A stretch of DNA of 64,000 nt from positions 9,612,001 to 9,676,000 of the forward strand of contig NC_087263.1 in NCBI RefSeq assembly GCF_037042905.1, in the 5' to 3' direction. Shown here piece after piece: positions 63,330 to 64,000 of the stretch (its first letter is position 1; every line of letters starts with the position of its first letter). This stretch comes from Lytechinus pictus (lineage: Eukaryota). The translations under genes were made by a program, and so were the position numbers. The notes under the pieces were generated by a model. The model did no database searches. It was given only the letters and a program-made list of their open reading frames with translations, and had not been told where the DNA came from.

Positions 63330-64000
63330 GTAAGAAAGAGATTTTCAATTTTCATCTGACTTGGTAGAGGAGCGCGCAGTGAGACAAGAGGTCTACCCCG
63401 ATTACCCCAAACACTCGGGCCTAAAAGTACCCTCCAAATCCACCATCTCGGTCCCACCCAATATATTTTATGTAGGCCTATCTGTACCAGCAATCCGCAT
63501 TAGCTTCGTTTATACATTTATAGGCTACATTCTGGGCAGTGTTTCTTTAACTTTATCTCTTTTTTTCTCCCCAGGCCCTAGCTAAGTTAGATCTGTGTTA
63601 GATCTACCATTTTTGCCCTTGTTCATTGTTGTCTCCATAAAACTTAGAATTAGAGTGACTAGGCCTACTTAACGTAATTCGTAAAATCATTATTAAAAGG
63701 CAGCCAAATTTCACTAAAACTCTAGATCTATTTCAATTCAAGAAGCTTCTCCCCATCTTGACCTTAATTATTATGTCCATATGACATTCAGAACCTGTAC
63801 TAGTTAAATCTAGATCTATACTTTTAGCAATAATAATCATTTAGATGCAGTGACCACCTACCACAAGCACAACACAAACTTTAAAAAGTTGTAGGCAGAT
63901 ATTCATGAAAAATTCTGACTCAAAATGGTGAAGAAATATTGAATATGTGTAAAGTGAATGGGTGCGCAGACATGGAGTACCATTTTTTTTTCAGTTTGAA

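Overview
AT-rich, repeat-rich eukaryotic genomic DNA. It is very probably from a sea urchin (echinoid), because a decayed copy of the sea-urchin early/embryonic histone H1 gene lies at about 23.1-23.3 kb. Three + strand genes are visible. (1) The last coding exon and 3' region of a TPR-containing O-mannosyltransferase, most like TMTC2 (1259-1444). (2) A complete 14-coding-exon TFIP11/Ntr1 gene (ATG 25350 to TGA 54930). I assembled it by hand from GT-AG junctions with consistent phases: 2409 nt, 802 aa, with a G-patch and a GCFC domain and one 15.2-kb intron. (3) The probable first, signal-peptide-encoding exon of an unidentified secreted or membrane protein gene (63272-63329). The rest is mostly non-autonomous transposons: hAT-type elements with 8-bp TSDs (some nested), CAC-terminated MITEs with 2-bp TSDs, Harbinger-type MITEs, Helentron-like ends, tRNA-derived SINEs and a CR1/L2-type LINE 3' fragment, plus tandem arrays. 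The most notable items are a 6.4-kb foldback element (10310-16724) with no coding capacity; inside it, a ~180-bp insertion whose 5' end resembles 7SL RNA/Alu, followed by a B-box and a Deu/Nin-like core (candidate 7SL-headed SINE in an echinoderm); an intronic 180-bp satellite with a 720-bp higher-order repeat; and a histone H1 orphon. All family assignments come from recalled sequence features, not database searches. Most ORFs in the supplied track are artefacts of repeats.
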